The notes beneath the pieces are model-generated. The model did no database searches, had not been told where the DNA came from, and saw only the letters and a program-made list of their open reading frames with translations. The position numbers and the translations under genes are program-made. A stretch of 63,247 bases of DNA, the filler included, from Licmophora abbreviata (taxonomy: Eukaryota), in the NCBI GenBank assembly GCA_900291995.1. It is 10 parts of 10 records of this genome, joined end to end, with 100 filler letters (N's around TTAATTAATTAA, not from the genome) between each part and the next. Parts side by side here need not be neighbours in the genome. Positions count along the whole stretch, not along the records: positions 34,979 to 38,603 come from OLMU01004223.1; positions 38,704 to 47,210 come from OLMU01004224.1; positions 47,311 to 55,808 come from OLMU01004226.1; 7 more parts are not named here. One strand, given 5' to 3'. This document shows, in pieces, positions 34,979-47,722 of this stretch; the first letter of the stretch is position 1, and each line of letters opens with the position of its first letter.

Positions 34979-36081
34979 TCCAAGACTCTTCTCGTCTTTT
35001 TTGTCATGGTCGGCTCGTCGTAGTGAGAAACCATTTTGTTTTTGAGATCCAGGGCGACCGGCATTGCTGGTAGTTCGAGCCATCGAAAAATATTGTTCAG
35101 GGTTGCATCCGGCTTGTCCCTCAGATCTTCAGATCGAACAAGATATATTTCCTGTTCTGGATCGCGGCCCATTTCACGCATTGCATCATACCAGTGCTGA
35201 AGTTGTATTGCGTACAGTCCCCGAGCAACCGGTGCCTCCCAGCCCTTCCATGCGTATTCAAGGTAATTCGTCCAAGCCTTTCGTTCTTCAGGCGAGTCAG
35301 AGAAGGCCTCAAACTCTTCCTCATCCTCAAACTCGCGGCGCACCTTGTAACGTTCAAGCCGATTCAAATCGTTCCAAACAAATGTATCAAACGAGCTTAG
35401 AGGTGTCTTGCCTTTTCTTTTTCTGACCGTATTGAGAAAGTTGAAATGCGACCAGACGCGTTCCACTGGTTCCCGCAGTATCACAAGTATTTTGACCCAG
35501 GGTGACGTGCAAAGAAGATGCCTCATGTGCGCATCCGTGTAAAAGAAGTACCCGGGAGTGGCCTCGAAAGACAAGAGGGAAGCGTTGTGTTTTAGAACCT
35601 CTTCGGGGTAGTCAAACTTGACCTTGTCACTTGCGTAGGACCGATCTTCGTGGTACATGGACTGTCGAATTTCCGAGACAATGGCTTTCCCATCGTCGTC
35701 GACAAACCTTTCCTGATCGAAAAAAGGAGGTAAAAAGTAGAGCAGTTCTTTGGTACGTGCTTCTGCAATCAATGGGTGACGATTCAAGCGATCGGCCAAA
35801 GAGGTCGTTCCGCATTTCTTGACGCCAGCCAACATAAAGTAGGGAGCTCTTTCCTGCCAGTGACCGGCGCCAGGGAACCAATCGACACCCTCCAAATTAC
35901 AGTATTTTTCAGCAAATTCAAGTTTGGCAGTAGTATTGTCCGGCTTCTTGGCTGCTACCTGGTGATCTGCGGAGAACGCGATGGAGCCGTTGAGCTCGAG
36001 AAACTCATGAAAGAGCTTCGGACTCAGGTTTCCCAGCGCAAACGCCAAGACAATCGCCGCACTAAGCCTCGACCACTTCAT
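34979..36081 (-). CDS. Sulfotransferase, heparan-sulfate 3-O/N-sulfotransferase-like; tandem paralog (3' end lost in gap)
   Basis: N-terminal anchor. AGVKKCGTTSL, KELLYF, EATPGY, LREPVERVWSH and RGLYAIQL. Confidence 0.9.
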
Positions 36082-36579
36082 TCCTTGGCATTGAGCTCTG
36101 TTCTCTTTCGTGTAGCGTCGGAGTAGCTTGCTCGTGTTTTTCCCGACTCCAATTGCATTCTGTTGATACCGGCGTATCTAATGTTAGCCCAGGAGCTGGG
36201 CGACGAGAGAACGAGGTGACGGATGATGGCGTGCACCGGTGCCCGCGATGCTGATGTCGTGACTGAGACTCTCACTCGTGATCACACACACAGTGACCAA
36301 GCGCATTTCGCTCCTTGGCAGCTGATGCATTAGAGCTAAGGATAGACACTATCTGAAATGATGTACTAAATATATCTTCACCATTGATAATATCCTCAAG
36401 GAGGAATACATGCATATTCCTTCGAATCCAACGCATGGCCAAAAAGCCCACAATAATTTTGCGACGACAGACATAAGACACATCAACGGTCTCCGTTCGA
36501 AACAATACTACGTAGTAGCAAGTGTACTGCAGATGAACTCGCGGCTCTGTCCCTGGCAAGCCCTCCCATACATACCATA

Positions 36580-37820
36580 ATGAGAAGACCCAGGGGATCG
36601 TGGTCAGCGGTTCTGCTGGTGGTGTTTCTATGCTCTCATGGATCCCTGTTTTGGCTCTGGAAGGGCATGCTACTTGCCGATGCTGACTGCGAACGCGATG
36701 ATGGAGTGCCATCCCGGCCAATTCATACAATACAGGAACCTCCCGTCGCAGTCACTGCCACACGTACATTCAAGGTAGAAGAGATCGATCTGGAAGGGAT
36801 CGAGCCTCGTGCCTTTCCATCATGGCCTCAAGATGTTCCGTTGCCATGCCCCGAACCCGACAAACACTGGTGGGCGATCGAAACGCTGCGATCGCCAGCA
36901 CACGAAGGCATCCTGTTTGTAAAAGAAATGAAATGCGGATCATCAACACTTGCAGGCATTGCCATTCGGATTGCTCGCAGCATCGCACGCAGGAAAATAG
37001 AGGCCGGAACTTGGTATGAAGGCGCACGACCGCTGTGTAAACTACGATTCGATCATACAGATGCCCGGAAACTTGACTATGAAAATCGAAAAAAAGACAC
37101 ATCCTTTCTGTGGACTGTCATTCGGGAGCCTTCGAAGCGAATCACAAGTCAGTTTTTTCATTTTGAGGTATCACGAGCAAAGGTGGAGCCCAATGACAGA
37201 AATTTCAGGGACTTCATCTCGAGACATTCTTTCTTGTCTAATTACTACATCAAAGACTTGATGCTGGAAAAGGAGAAGAACCCCAAGAAGGGAGATCCAG
37301 AAATACCGCATGGCAAAAACGTCACTGAAGTCGCCAAACAAATATCCAGAGTTATGACTTCATTGGGATTACCGAGCGAATGCACGAATCCCTTGTTGCC
37401 ATGCAGATGATTCTTGGTCTGGAAACAAACGACATTCTCTATCTCAAAGCCAAGGGAAGTGGCAATTGGGATGATGGCGCAGCAAACGAAGGGACATGTC
37501 ATTACATCTTCCCCAGCTTTGTCTCGCCCGGAATGAAGAAGTATTTTGAGAGTCAAAAGTGGAAGAACTCTATGCGGGGCGACTACCTTCTATACCATGC
37601 AGCCAATAAGAGTCTTGACCTCACCATTGAGCGATTGGGGAGAAAGAAATTCGAAGAAAACTTGAAAAGATTTGAAAAGGCGATGGAAGTCGCCTCCGAT
37701 ACTTGTACCAACGTGACGTTCCCGTGCTCACCGGAGGGCGAGAAACGGCGCGAACACGACTGCCTGTGGAATGACTCCGGGTGTGGCACAAAATGCCTAG
37801 ACAAGCTGGCCGATACTTAG
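36580..37820 (+). CDS. Golgi-type sulfotransferase (galactose-3-O-sulfotransferase-like); apparent frameshift at ~37340
   Basis: TM segment. FVKEMKCGSST and IREPSKRITSQF. The second frame gives YDFIGITERMHESLV...DYLLYHAANKSLDLTIE, which is collinear with the 29216-30574 protein. Confidence 0.85.
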
Positions 37821-37971
37821 GCCCTCTGTTCAACACCAGAGACTCACACCATAATACAAATAGTTTGCAAGTAGAGACTATACACTGATCTATCTCGAGA
37901 TCTGGCCCCAGAAGCATCTAGAGGGTAGCGAAAAGCACTTCCGAATAAGTGGCTCTGTCGTATGTACAATC

Positions 37972-38596
37972 TCAGTTGATCTTTTCTTCAGTTGTATCAA
38001 TCATCTCGAAGAATCCGACCTTTGCATCTGCTCCTTGATTGTCGTAAGCGTGCACGGAGCCTTGAACAGCGAGGCAATCGCCCACGGTGGTCTTCTCTCC
38101 ATCAAACGTCCTGATGGTCTTGAACTCGAATTCTCCCATATCCGTTGGAAATATTTTCTCTCGTCCCGCGGGATATGTACGTGTCACTTCCATTATGAAC
38201 GATCCATCAGGCTTAATTTCCCAGGTGCCCGTTGAATCAACTGGAGGAGGGCCATCTGTCGCGCCGAACTTGATTGAGCCCGAGGGTTCAAGAAAAAGCT
38301 CTGTTTCACTAGTGTCCCTGTCTTCCATCTCCTCCAACTGGAAATACCGGTTCTCAAAAGTAGGGGAAGCAAACAACGCCGAGATAGATCGCTGTGAAAG
38401 GAAGAAAGACCAGAAAAGCTCGTAAGCTGGCACACACAAGCTACGGAGCGAGAGTATGGCTGGGTTTACGATAGTCAGAGTGCATTGATTCCATTCTCAC
38501 CGTCCTCACTCCAAAGAGCGGCTTTTTCACGACTAATCCTCGCACCGAAGCAATCAGAAGTGCCGTGTAGGTGAGACTTCTTCTAAGAGAGGCCAT
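37972..38596 (-). CDS. Hypothetical protein with a signal peptide; intron 38392-38500
   Basis: Exon 1 MASLRRSLTYTALLIASVRG splices in frame (GT-AG) to a well-formed domain YFQLEEMED...VGFFEMIDTT. Confidence 0.65.
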
Positions 38597-38893
38597 CGTC
38601 ACTNNNNNNNNNNNNNNNNNNNNNNNNNNNNNNNNNNNNNNNNNNNNTTAATTAATTAANNNNNNNNNNNNNNNNNNNNNNNNNNNNNNNNNNNNNNNNN
38701 NNNCTTGATACCAAGTACACCGTATACGTACACACAGAATTCGACCATCTGCCACTAGAAGCATCACCACGAGTTCAACTTCGAAACGTCAAAACATCAA
38801 CCGAGCCGACCATCGCGGTGCTTTGAATGTCGTTCACAGTCGTCTACAGACTCACACCACACGCCATTGTCGAACCTCCCCCACCAAGCAACC

Positions 38894-39811
38894 ATGTCAA
38901 GGATATACTTGTTCGCGTCCCTTCTTTCACTCCTGCGCTGGACTCAGATTTTTGCCTTTGTCGGTCCGACGCGGCCCCGCCTCAATACGGATGCGAGGGT
39001 GCCACGCGGCATGGCGGCGAACGGCGAAGCATCGTCCGGCGCCGTTGACCTGGGAGATGTTGGCTTTGTACTTCTGGCCGGGGGCACTGGTTCTAGAATG
39101 AAGGCTACGATGCCTAAACAGTTTCTACCACTGCGTGGTGTCCCCGTGCTGCACCATTCGCTGGATTTGTTCCTCGAGCGGCTCCCGGCGTATGCGAGAG
39201 AGAAGGGTTTGGGTGCCCCGCCGAATGTAGTACTGGTCTTGGACCCAAAGTACCAGCCTGAGTATCAGCCGATAGTAGAAAAGTACGAGGGGCGTCTCGC
39301 GTTTGCCAATCCTGGAGAGGAACGACAGGGATCCGTTGAGAATGGTCTGAACAAGCTAGTTGACATCTCATCTACTGATGATGGGGAGAGTTGCCAGTAC
39401 GTGGCCGTGCACGACAGTGCACGGCCACTAGTGACCATTGAGGAGATTTGCAATGTTGTGAGGGATGCCAAGGAGCACGGTGCTGCAGTGCTCGGCGTTC
39501 CTTGCAAGGCCACCATCAAGGAAAGCGAAGACGGGTCGTTGGTGCTTCGGACGATTCCGCGAGCTCGTCTCTGGGAGGTTCATACGCCACAGGTCATCAA
39601 GATCGACACGCTGCAACGGGGATTCGCCAAGGTGGAGGCAGAAGATCTGGAGGTGACTGATGATGTATCGATTGTGGAGGCCCTAGGTGAACCCGTCAAA
39701 CTGACGAAAGGAGAGTACACGAACCTGAAAATCACAACGCCCGAGGACATGGACGTTGCCGAGGCAATCCTGGATGAACGCAAGAGCGAACCCGTCGACA
39801 TGCTGGCATGA
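38894..39811 (+). CDS. ispD: 2-C-methyl-D-erythritol 4-phosphate cytidylyltransferase (MEP pathway), plastid-targeted
   Basis: LLAGGTGSRM...PKQFL, ERQGSV, VHDSARPLV, HTPQ, VTDD and NLKITTPED. Signal peptide ending IFA-FVGP. Confidence 0.96.
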   Translation: MSRIYLFASLLSLLRWTQIFAFVGPTRPRLNTDARVPRGMAANGEASSGAVDLGDVGFVLLAGGTGSRMKATMPKQFLPLRGVPVLHHSLDLFLERLPAYAREKGLGAPPNVVLVLDPKYQPEYQPIVEKYEGRLAFANPGEERQGSVENGLNKLVDISSTDDGESCQYVAVHDSARPLVTIEEICNVVRDAKEHGAAVLGVPCKATIKESEDGSLVLRTIPRARLWEVHTPQVIKIDTLQRGFAKVEAEDLEVTDDVSIVEALGEPVKLTKGEYTNLKITTPEDMDVAEAILDERKSEPVDMLA

Positions 39812-39922
39812 CGTCTCTACCTTCTAATATAAAATCAAGCTAGACAAAACGCAGGATTTGTGCTATAAGCCCTTTGCTTCTACACACAACTGATCGTGCA
39901 TTCTTCCTGCACGTACGTGCGA

Positions 39923-42259
39923 CTAATCGATCTTGATCGACATAAAGATAGTCTTGTTGAACATAAGGGAGCTCACCACACCAATGAAACCAGTCATGAG
40001 CAAAAGACCCACCGACATCAAACCCATGTATCCAAAATACAAAACATAGGTCGCAAAGCTGTTGGCGTTGAGCTGCTTGAAGTACACAAACGAGTACAAG
40101 AAGACGTACAACGCTGTCGATCCGGCCGTGCAGAATGAGCGCCACCACCAGTGGTAGTTCTCTCCACACAACTGAAAGTAGCAAAAGAGAACAGTAATCT
40201 CAGCGCACGTAATAATCAGGATGAAGAAGACTAGCAGCAAGAAGCCAAAGACGTAGTAGTACTGATCCATCCAGATGGAAGCGAGAATGAAATAGAGCTC
40301 GACGAAGCAGGCACCAAACGGGAGGATTCCACCAATGGCGAGAGTGAACGGAATTCCCATGAACCAGGGCTGATCCGGAATTTGACGCGGAATGCTACTC
40401 GTGTTGACAGGGAACTCAATCGCATCCTGCTTGTATCCAAAGTAAGCTCCGAAGAACACAAGAGGGGTCGAGATACCGAACCACAAGACCAAAAGGACAA
40501 TGATCGTCGTAAAGGGAACTGCATCGGAACTTCCCTGCGTTACCGCCAAGAGATCCATCAAGAAGAAAAAACCAAAGGCAATACCGGGGAACCCCATGGC
40601 TGTGGCCATGGTGGCGGACTGCCAGCTCTTTCCCTTGAAGGTCTTATAGAGACGAGCCGTGACGTATCCAGCAACAGATCCCATCAGGACAAAGAGCAAA
40701 AGCTCTGCCATCAATAGGGCCCCTCGGTTGGCAGGGCTCAAGAATCCCATGGCAGAGAAGATGATGGTCAAGAAGACCATGCAGAGAATCTGTGCACCGG
40801 TTCCGCAGCAGACGGCCAGGAGCATGGGCGAGAATCCAGGAGGACGGAAGACATCCGCATGAACGAGCTTCCAGCCGAACTCTTCCAAGTCTTCGGCCTT
40901 TTCTTCGTCCGTAGCAAGACGGTTGTAACGAGCGAAATCTCGACGGAGATTGCGCACGAGGATAGCAGCAATCATGGCCGAGAGAACAAAGACAATGACG
41001 AGACTGTTGGCAATGCTAAGCCAGTGGACCTTGGCAGGGATGGCGTCGTCCATGCTCAAGTAAATATCCCAACGCGAGGCCCAATGGAGATCGTCATTCT
41101 GAACCCAGTGGACGTCGTACGTGAAGAGGACCTTTCCGCTTGCTAGTTGGGGTTCGCGGCCATTGGCAGTGATCATGTCATAATCCGTGTGGACCTTCTT
41201 CTGGGCCTTACAGGATGAGATAGGGTTATTGATCTTTGCCACGGCATATTCTGAGCCGCTGACCTTGTCGTCGTCATCGTCCTCGAGCGGCTCAAAGTCA
41301 TGCTTGATGCTGAATGGCTCGACGGTGAATCGGACGACACGGTACTTGTCGACCTCGGTCTCGACCGGGTGGTACATGATTTCAATGTTTGCGTGATTGT
41401 TGATGTAGGCCTTCTTTGTGTCACTGGCGACGAATCCGATTGGGAATCCTTGCCAGTACCTCGTGGTGATGGTGGTGTCGTCTTCGACCTTGCTGGCGGC
41501 AGAAAGGTTGTCGACGATCCAGTTGTTGTGGTACTGCCTGCGAATAGCCTGCACGACCTTGTTGGGCTTGACACCACGTGCCTCACCTCGCCCGAGATTG
41601 GTGATACAGAGCTGCTCGCAGTACATTTCAGTCTTCATCTGGAGGCGGTAGGGAGAGCTTTCGATGCGATCGCCGGCAAGGAACTCTCCAAGGTTTTCAT
41701 TGTCCATCTTGGGCCCTCCTTCCGGATGACAGAAAGGAAGCTGGTAGTAGTCGACGGGCATGAGCGTCTTGGAGGACGTCATCTTGTTCACCTTGAGCTT
41801 GACGCTGTTTGCAGCAAGAAGGGCAAAGGATACGAAAAACAGTGGTGAGTCTTGGGTCTGTGTCTCAGAACGTACTATCACTAGTATTGATTCAAAATGA
41901 CCCCGACAGCAGAGTCGATGCAAAACGCCGGTCATTCGGCGGTTCCCCGCATCGTGCACATCTCCGGACTCCCACAGCAGCCCATGAGCAGGGCATTGGT
42001 AGTTTTGTCCAGAAGAGACGAGCGCGAAGCGCAAAACACAGCGTCGTACTACTAGTCGAGCGACCGCGTTGCTGAGCAATGATGATCCTGGTACGTAGGA
42101 GTCCTACTGGAACCCACGTAGGCTCCTTCCAAAGACTACTGACCTGTCTCCTTCTCCAAACGATTGAGGATTCACGCCTGGCAAATAGAATCCCTCCACC
42201 ATGGTCGCAGCTCCCACAAGGAGCCCCAGCACGGCACCCAACGCACGTGGTGGCATCAT
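39923..42259 (-). CDS. TM9SF: Transmembrane 9 superfamily (EMP70/TM9SF2/4-like) protein; intron 41805-42143
   Basis: Signal peptide followed by FYLPGVNP. ENLGEFLAGDRIE, WASRWDIYL, GWKLVHADVFRPP, GGILPFGA, YHWWWRSF and a C-terminal KID motif. Confidence 0.95.
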
Positions 42260-42584
42260 GGTACACACGAACTACAAATATAAGTGAAAATGGAAAATGA
42301 AGCAACCGACAAAGCACCGCGCGACTTTTTGTGCTTCTTGTGCGTATGTTTGTACGAGTATGTTTGCACAAGGAGCCACAGCACGATGGTCATTCTCGCG
42401 GTTGGAGCTTCTCGTAGAAATATACGAAGCATCAGTACTAGAGTTGTCTGTGACCATTTTCACACGAGCGAAACGGACTTTTCGGTAAAGAATTGACAAG
42501 CAGTCTCACAGACAAGTCGTTCGCGCGCGCGTGGACTGTTTTGAAGTTGGATGTGATGGGCGCCGCGTTTTTGCCATCAAATGA

Positions 42585-45500
42585 ATGTTGACACCCGCCA
42601 TCACCATGATGACGATGGAGCAGCGTGAACCGTCCACCGAGACGACCCAGCTCTTGGATCACAACAATGCAACACCTCTGCGAGAACTCTTCAAGAATGA
42701 GCCCATTCAGGAGGTTCCCATTCTGCCGGAAGAGGAGGAACCGCCCCGGAGGAGACCCCTCGTCTGTTCGGCGCAAGCCATCTCTTCCACTATCATAGGA
42801 TCGACCACTTTCTTACTCTACCACCTGGTCTTTTGCCTTGCCCAAGCCTCCACAATAACTCGCCCGCATGCATCGACTCCAATACTTGGACCTATTGCCA
42901 AAATGGCAGCCCTCGGGATATTGCTAGCAGCGCCCGTCTTTGTCTACTTTCTCGGACGGGATGTGCCATGCATCTACCCCACCACCGACCTCTTCCTCGC
43001 ACCCTTCCTCGCCGACCTAGCCGAGACCATTGATGAGACCTTGAACAAACATGGACTGCAAGATGATAATGTTGTCTTTCTAGAAACGTTCGCGGCAGTC
43101 AGTGGCGCGGGGCTACTGCTGAGTGGAGCACTCTGTGTCTTGGCAGCTCGCGTCAAACTAGCGAACCTGGGTGCATTCCTTCCCTACTCGGTTCTCTGTG
43201 GATTCTTCACGGCCATTGGTTTACTCATGTGGAAGTTGGCCTTTGGGGTAGACACCGGCGGAATGAAGATCGGTCAGGTTATCTTTTCTGGTGATGCCAA
43301 CTTGGTGGGGCACTGTCTACTGCACCACCTTCCAAGCTTTGCCATTGGGACGGCCTGTTATGTGCTGGGAGACCAGCAGCCCTTTCTGGTTGTCTTTCTT
43401 GTTTTCGGTACCATTGTTGGATCATATATTTTAATGGCACTCACAGGAACTACTCACGCAGAAGCGCAAGAACTGGGCTGGTTCTGGACGGCAAAGGATT
43501 TGGTGAACCCAATGAATCCTGGAGTAGGATTCTCAGCGATGGTGCCGCCGGCTCCGTTCGGAGTCCTCAGGTGCATTGACAAGGTTCACTGGGAAGCATT
43601 TCGGGAAGGCCTCCCGATGGTATGCGCTCTCGCGTTTCTTTATCTCATACGATGCTCCTTGCATACTGCAGCATTGAAAAAGAACATTCCTCTCTTGACA
43701 CGAAAACCAAAGTCGGAATCCCCTCCTCGACCAACGACTCGTCGTGGCAGAGCAAAACAGCCGTCCACAAAACGACCCCCCGTTACCTTGCAAAGGATTC
43801 TTGAAGAAGGCTATGGCTACAGTCAGCTCATGGCGGCTTTGGTAGGAGGGATCGCGGTCGCTCCTGCTGTTGGATCGTCGCTCACACTGTTTAAGGTACG
43901 CGTTGTGAGAGGCCTCGAGTATGCGAGACAAGACTTTCGGCCACATCTCTCTCATAGCCTTCCTTTGCCGACTCGACTCTCATAGCTCGGCGCAGAAGGC
44001 GTGGCTCCACAGTATGGATCTGTCATCCTCGTGCTGATATTTTATCTCACTGACTTTCAGCTCGTTAGCTACATCCCCAAGCCGGCCTTTGCCAGCTTGC
44101 TTATTCTTGCTTTCGAGGACTTGATTTCAACCTGGTTGATTCAGTCGTATTGGAAGACAAAACAAAAGTGGGAATGGATGGTGACACCATTGATTATCAT
44201 TCTTACGTTCGTCGTCGGATTACTCAATGCTATCTTCCTGGGCGTCGCGTGTTCCACTTTTATTTTCGTCGCTTCGTTCTACCGAACGGGAGTGGTCAAG
44301 TACCTCGCCAACGGCCTAACTGTCCGCAGCACCATCGAGAGAGGTCATCGCGAAGCTACCTGGCTTGACCAGAATGGAGATTTAATTCAAGTGATGGTTC
44401 TTCAGAACTTTTTGTTCTTTGGAAACGCTCAAAGTGTCTTGTCGTATATCTCAACAATGTTTGAGAATGACGAGGGAGGTTTCGACGTAGAGAACAACAT
44501 TTCACTTCCGCCCCACCCGCTCCATCTCATACTGGATTTCACAATTGTATCGGGAATGGACACGTCAGCGATTGATCTACTTGACGAGATCATCACCCTC
44601 TGCCAAAACAACAAATGTCGATTGTACTTTGCCGGTTTATCGCAGAACCTTCGCTCGAGCCTAGTCTACGCTGGGCTCAGACCGGAGACAAAATCCTTCT
44701 CCTTCCAACCTGACCTGGAATCCTCGTTAGGGAAGGCCGAAGATGCCATATTAAGAGATGTGTTCCACGTATTTGAGAGAGACGAACACGACGCGGGGGT
44801 TAGGCGTCGTTTGAGATCCGTCAGCAACGCTGACGACGGTTTTCGCTATGCTCTAACGAAGATTGATGAACAAGTAAGTTCTACTCATCTGCTCGTCTCC
44901 AGTGGGTACGCAGGCATTTTCTCACACACAAGAAATGTGTTTCAACTTCTTTCTATCCAAAAAGCACGGCACAAAGTATCTTCCAGAGCTTATTGGCCTC
45001 GAGCCATACACGAAAGTCGTAGAGCTTCAGCCTGGAACTGCCTTATTTCAGGACGACGGAGGCAGTCAGGACGAGAAAGACCGAGGCTTCTTCTTCATTG
45101 AGCATGGACTCATGCGGGTTGAGAAGCGTGTTTCTGATTCTCGGACCGGTTTATCTCTTCGAGCTTTTGTATCTTCTGCAGATCACGCATCTTCCGACTC
45201 CTCCATTGGGCATCTAAACGCGCGAACGGAAACGCTTGGACGAGAAGCTGCAATACTCAAACAAGCACGGATGACCGATCGGGCAGCACAGAGCTTTCGA
45301 TTAGCTAGAATCGGAGCAGGATGGGTTGTCGGCACTATTGAGGGGTGCAGCGGCATGAGAAACCCGGGGCAGCACGTAGCAGGTACGTCATAATATCGCT
45401 GTGTCATTCGCACATGCTTGACAAAACAAGTCTCCATCTGGCCAAATCAGTATGTTCCCTCATCATTCCTGCCGGCATGCAGTCACACCTTGCCGACTAT

Positions 45501-45724
45501 ATCTGCTTCCTTATATCCGTGTCAAAGAAATCGAAACGAAGAACCCAGAGCTGATCTTGAGCCTCTTTCGACTTATCTCCCTTCTCAATGCACGGCGACA
45601 GGAGTTGACAATCGAGCAGCTGGCGCAGTTTATTACGATCATGAGCTCACCTGCCCGGTCGGGCCCGATCAATAGACTTGCACTTGCAACGCTGACAGAG
45701 AGAGACAAGGATCATTTATCGTAG
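42585..45724 (+). CDS. SulP/SLC26-family transporter with STAS and C-terminal cNMP-binding domain; introns 43896-43985, 44874-44964 and 45383-45482
   Basis: Multiple TM segments, FLPYSVLCGFF, STAS motifs LQNFLFFGNA and ILDFTIVSGMDTSA, and CNB-like FFFIEHG...IGAGWVVG. Confidence 0.88.
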
Positions 45725-45831
45725 CCCAGCCGAACAATTGTGTCATATCGAGGATACAGCGATAGACGAGACCACGACGCTGGCTATCGCCATAGTAAGA
45801 TAGGATTGAACTTACGAAAGAGAACATTAAC

Positions 45832-47082
45832 CTAGGAGTTTGTGTGTGCTTCCCTCGGCACACAAGTTCGATAATGGTGAGCGTGCCAGTTCTGATTCTG
45901 ACACTCGTTAGAGCAATATGTTGCAACACGACATCGTGCACATTTCTTCATCTCCAAGTAGGGCGCAACAAGCTTGCATGTCTTACACCGAACCGTCCGG
46001 ACCTTCTTTGGGGGACAAACGTGATGGGCCGCTTCGCGACAAGCGTCGTCACAAAAGAACACTGTCCGGCATTGTCCACAGGTCGCCGCCAAGCGTACGA
46101 CACCCGACTGAGGATAATGCAGATCCACCTTACCGTGCACGCGGGAACACGTCTCGTTTCCACACGATCGCCCTAACCGCGCCTTGAGCATCGGTCGCGA
46201 CGACGCCGGATTGTCAGGGACGTCTGAGTGTGAAGCATCTGTTATCGCAAGACGATAGTCGTTCTGGAGCGCTTCCCATGCGCCCGTGTGCTCCCATAGA
46301 CAGTACAGGGTCCAGGCATCAAGAGGATCGTCAAGATGAGGACTAGCCGCCGGTCGAGGCGCCAAGTCCTGGAGGAAAGACGCAGTGCCGGCTTCTCTGA
46401 GGATATCACTGACGGAGACCACAGCTTCTCTGGAATGCCTGTCGGACGTCTCTAATATATTCAGTGGGGCCTGAAGTTCCACATGCATTCCATGTACGAG
46501 TCGATCCATACATCCGAGGCAAGCTAAACGGCAAACCAACCGCATCCCAAGCGTCTTACTTGAAGGTGTGGTGTCAGCAATCTGTACCATGGGATACAAG
46601 ATCATCCAGTACTCTTGCTCTTGCGCCGCTTCCTTCGGGACCTCAGCCCTGCTCCCACAAAGTGGACATATAAGGAAACTCTTCACGTCAGGCCAGCGAA
46701 AGATACCATTGTGCACAACATTCAACTTCTTCGACTGTTCCTTTGAACGGAGCATGATTCGAAAGTCTCGAAAGTTTCCTGCTGTAAAACGACATCTTCC
46801 CGCAATTGTAAGGGTCAAGGGCATTGTCTCTGAATGCAGACCTCCTACCGCGGGTTCGAGCTGAAGAATGGTACACCCATCAAACGGAAAAACAAAATTG
46901 GGCTCACGATCTGACCGGTCGTATCCTTGGTCTTGGTAGACAAGCACAGACTGTTTCGGCAGAACCTTTATCCGAGGAGAAAAGGAATTTTCTTCGGCCA
47001 GAATAAGAGAGCATTGAGCTCCACGCATTGATTTTGTCTCCAGTCCAGACCATGTTGGTCGAGACCTTGCAGTGTTCGCCAT
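45832..47082 (-). CDS. MYND zinc-finger protein
   Basis: C-terminal CKTC...CARCRVATYCSNECQNQNWHAHHYRTC, preceded by a second MYND-like unit (CGQCRTVFFCDDAC). Confidence 0.8.
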   Translation of the reverse strand: MANTARSRPTWSGLETKSMRGAQCSLILAEENSFSPRIKVLPKQSVLVYQDQGYDRSDREPNFVFPFDGCTILQLEPAVGGLHSETMPLTLTIAGRCRFTAGNFRDFRIMLRSKEQSKKLNVVHNGIFRWPDVKSFLICPLCGSRAEVPKEAAQEQEYWMILYPMVQIADTTPSSKTLGMRLVCRLACLGCMDRLVHGMHVELQAPLNILETSDRHSREAVVSVSDILREAGTASFLQDLAPRPAASPHLDDPLDAWTLYCLWEHTGAWEALQNDYRLAITDASHSDVPDNPASSRPMLKARLGRSCGNETCSRVHGKVDLHYPQSGVVRLAATCGQCRTVFFCDDACREAAHHVCPPKKVRTVRCKTCKLVAPYLEMKKCARCRVATYCSNECQNQNWHAHHYRTCVPREAHTNS

Positions 47083-47310
47083 CCTCTCAAATCATTAATC
47101 ACATTGTCGACTCTGGACTTCACTCATCGTCACTCCATCACTCTGTCGCTCGGGCCCCGCAGTCGCGCACCTTCGAATCCGGTTGTCACGTTGTCACACA
47201 ACTCTTTCCTNNNNNNNNNNNNNNNNNNNNNNNNNNNNNNNNNNNNNNNNNNNNTTAATTAATTAANNNNNNNNNNNNNNNNNNNNNNNNNNNNNNNNNN
47301 NNNNNNNNNN

Positions 47311-47722
47311 CCAACCACGCCGAGTCTGCCGGGGCGGGTGCGCAATGATAGTAATGAACAAAATCAATCTCACCATCGTTAATGAGTCGCTCCAAGTATA
47401 GCATTTGTGTCTCCTGATTTGATCGTCTACCCGAAAAGACAAACATGATATTCCTGCCTCGATAGCGTATCTCGACTGGTTCGCGCACGTAGTCGAAGTT
47501 CCTGTTAACTTTTCTAGCAGTCATATCGGTGGGAGACTGGTTTTCCTCAAATGCCTGTCGTACGGGGCTCACTTCTGCCTCCGCAGAAAGCATGTCGCCC
47601 ATGAACCGACCGATCGCGACATGGAAGTCGACGCCCTTCTGAAAGACGCAAAAGCAGTACAAAACGAAGGCTCCTACTACCAAAGTCGTCGAGAGAACTC
47701 TCTTACGTTTCATCAGTGCCAT
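47311..47722 (-). CDS. Type II membrane protein, possibly glycosyltransferase-like (3' part lost in gap)
   Basis: Basic N-terminus, TM segment and stem, then NIMFVFSGRR...YLERLINDGEIDFVHYY. The ORF runs into the gap. Confidence 0.55.

Noticed and set aside
39923..42079. 718-aa single-exon TM9 ORF as given in the track
   Set aside because: Its N-terminal ~90 aa are intron read-through. The true signal peptide and FYLPG exon lie at 42144-42259.
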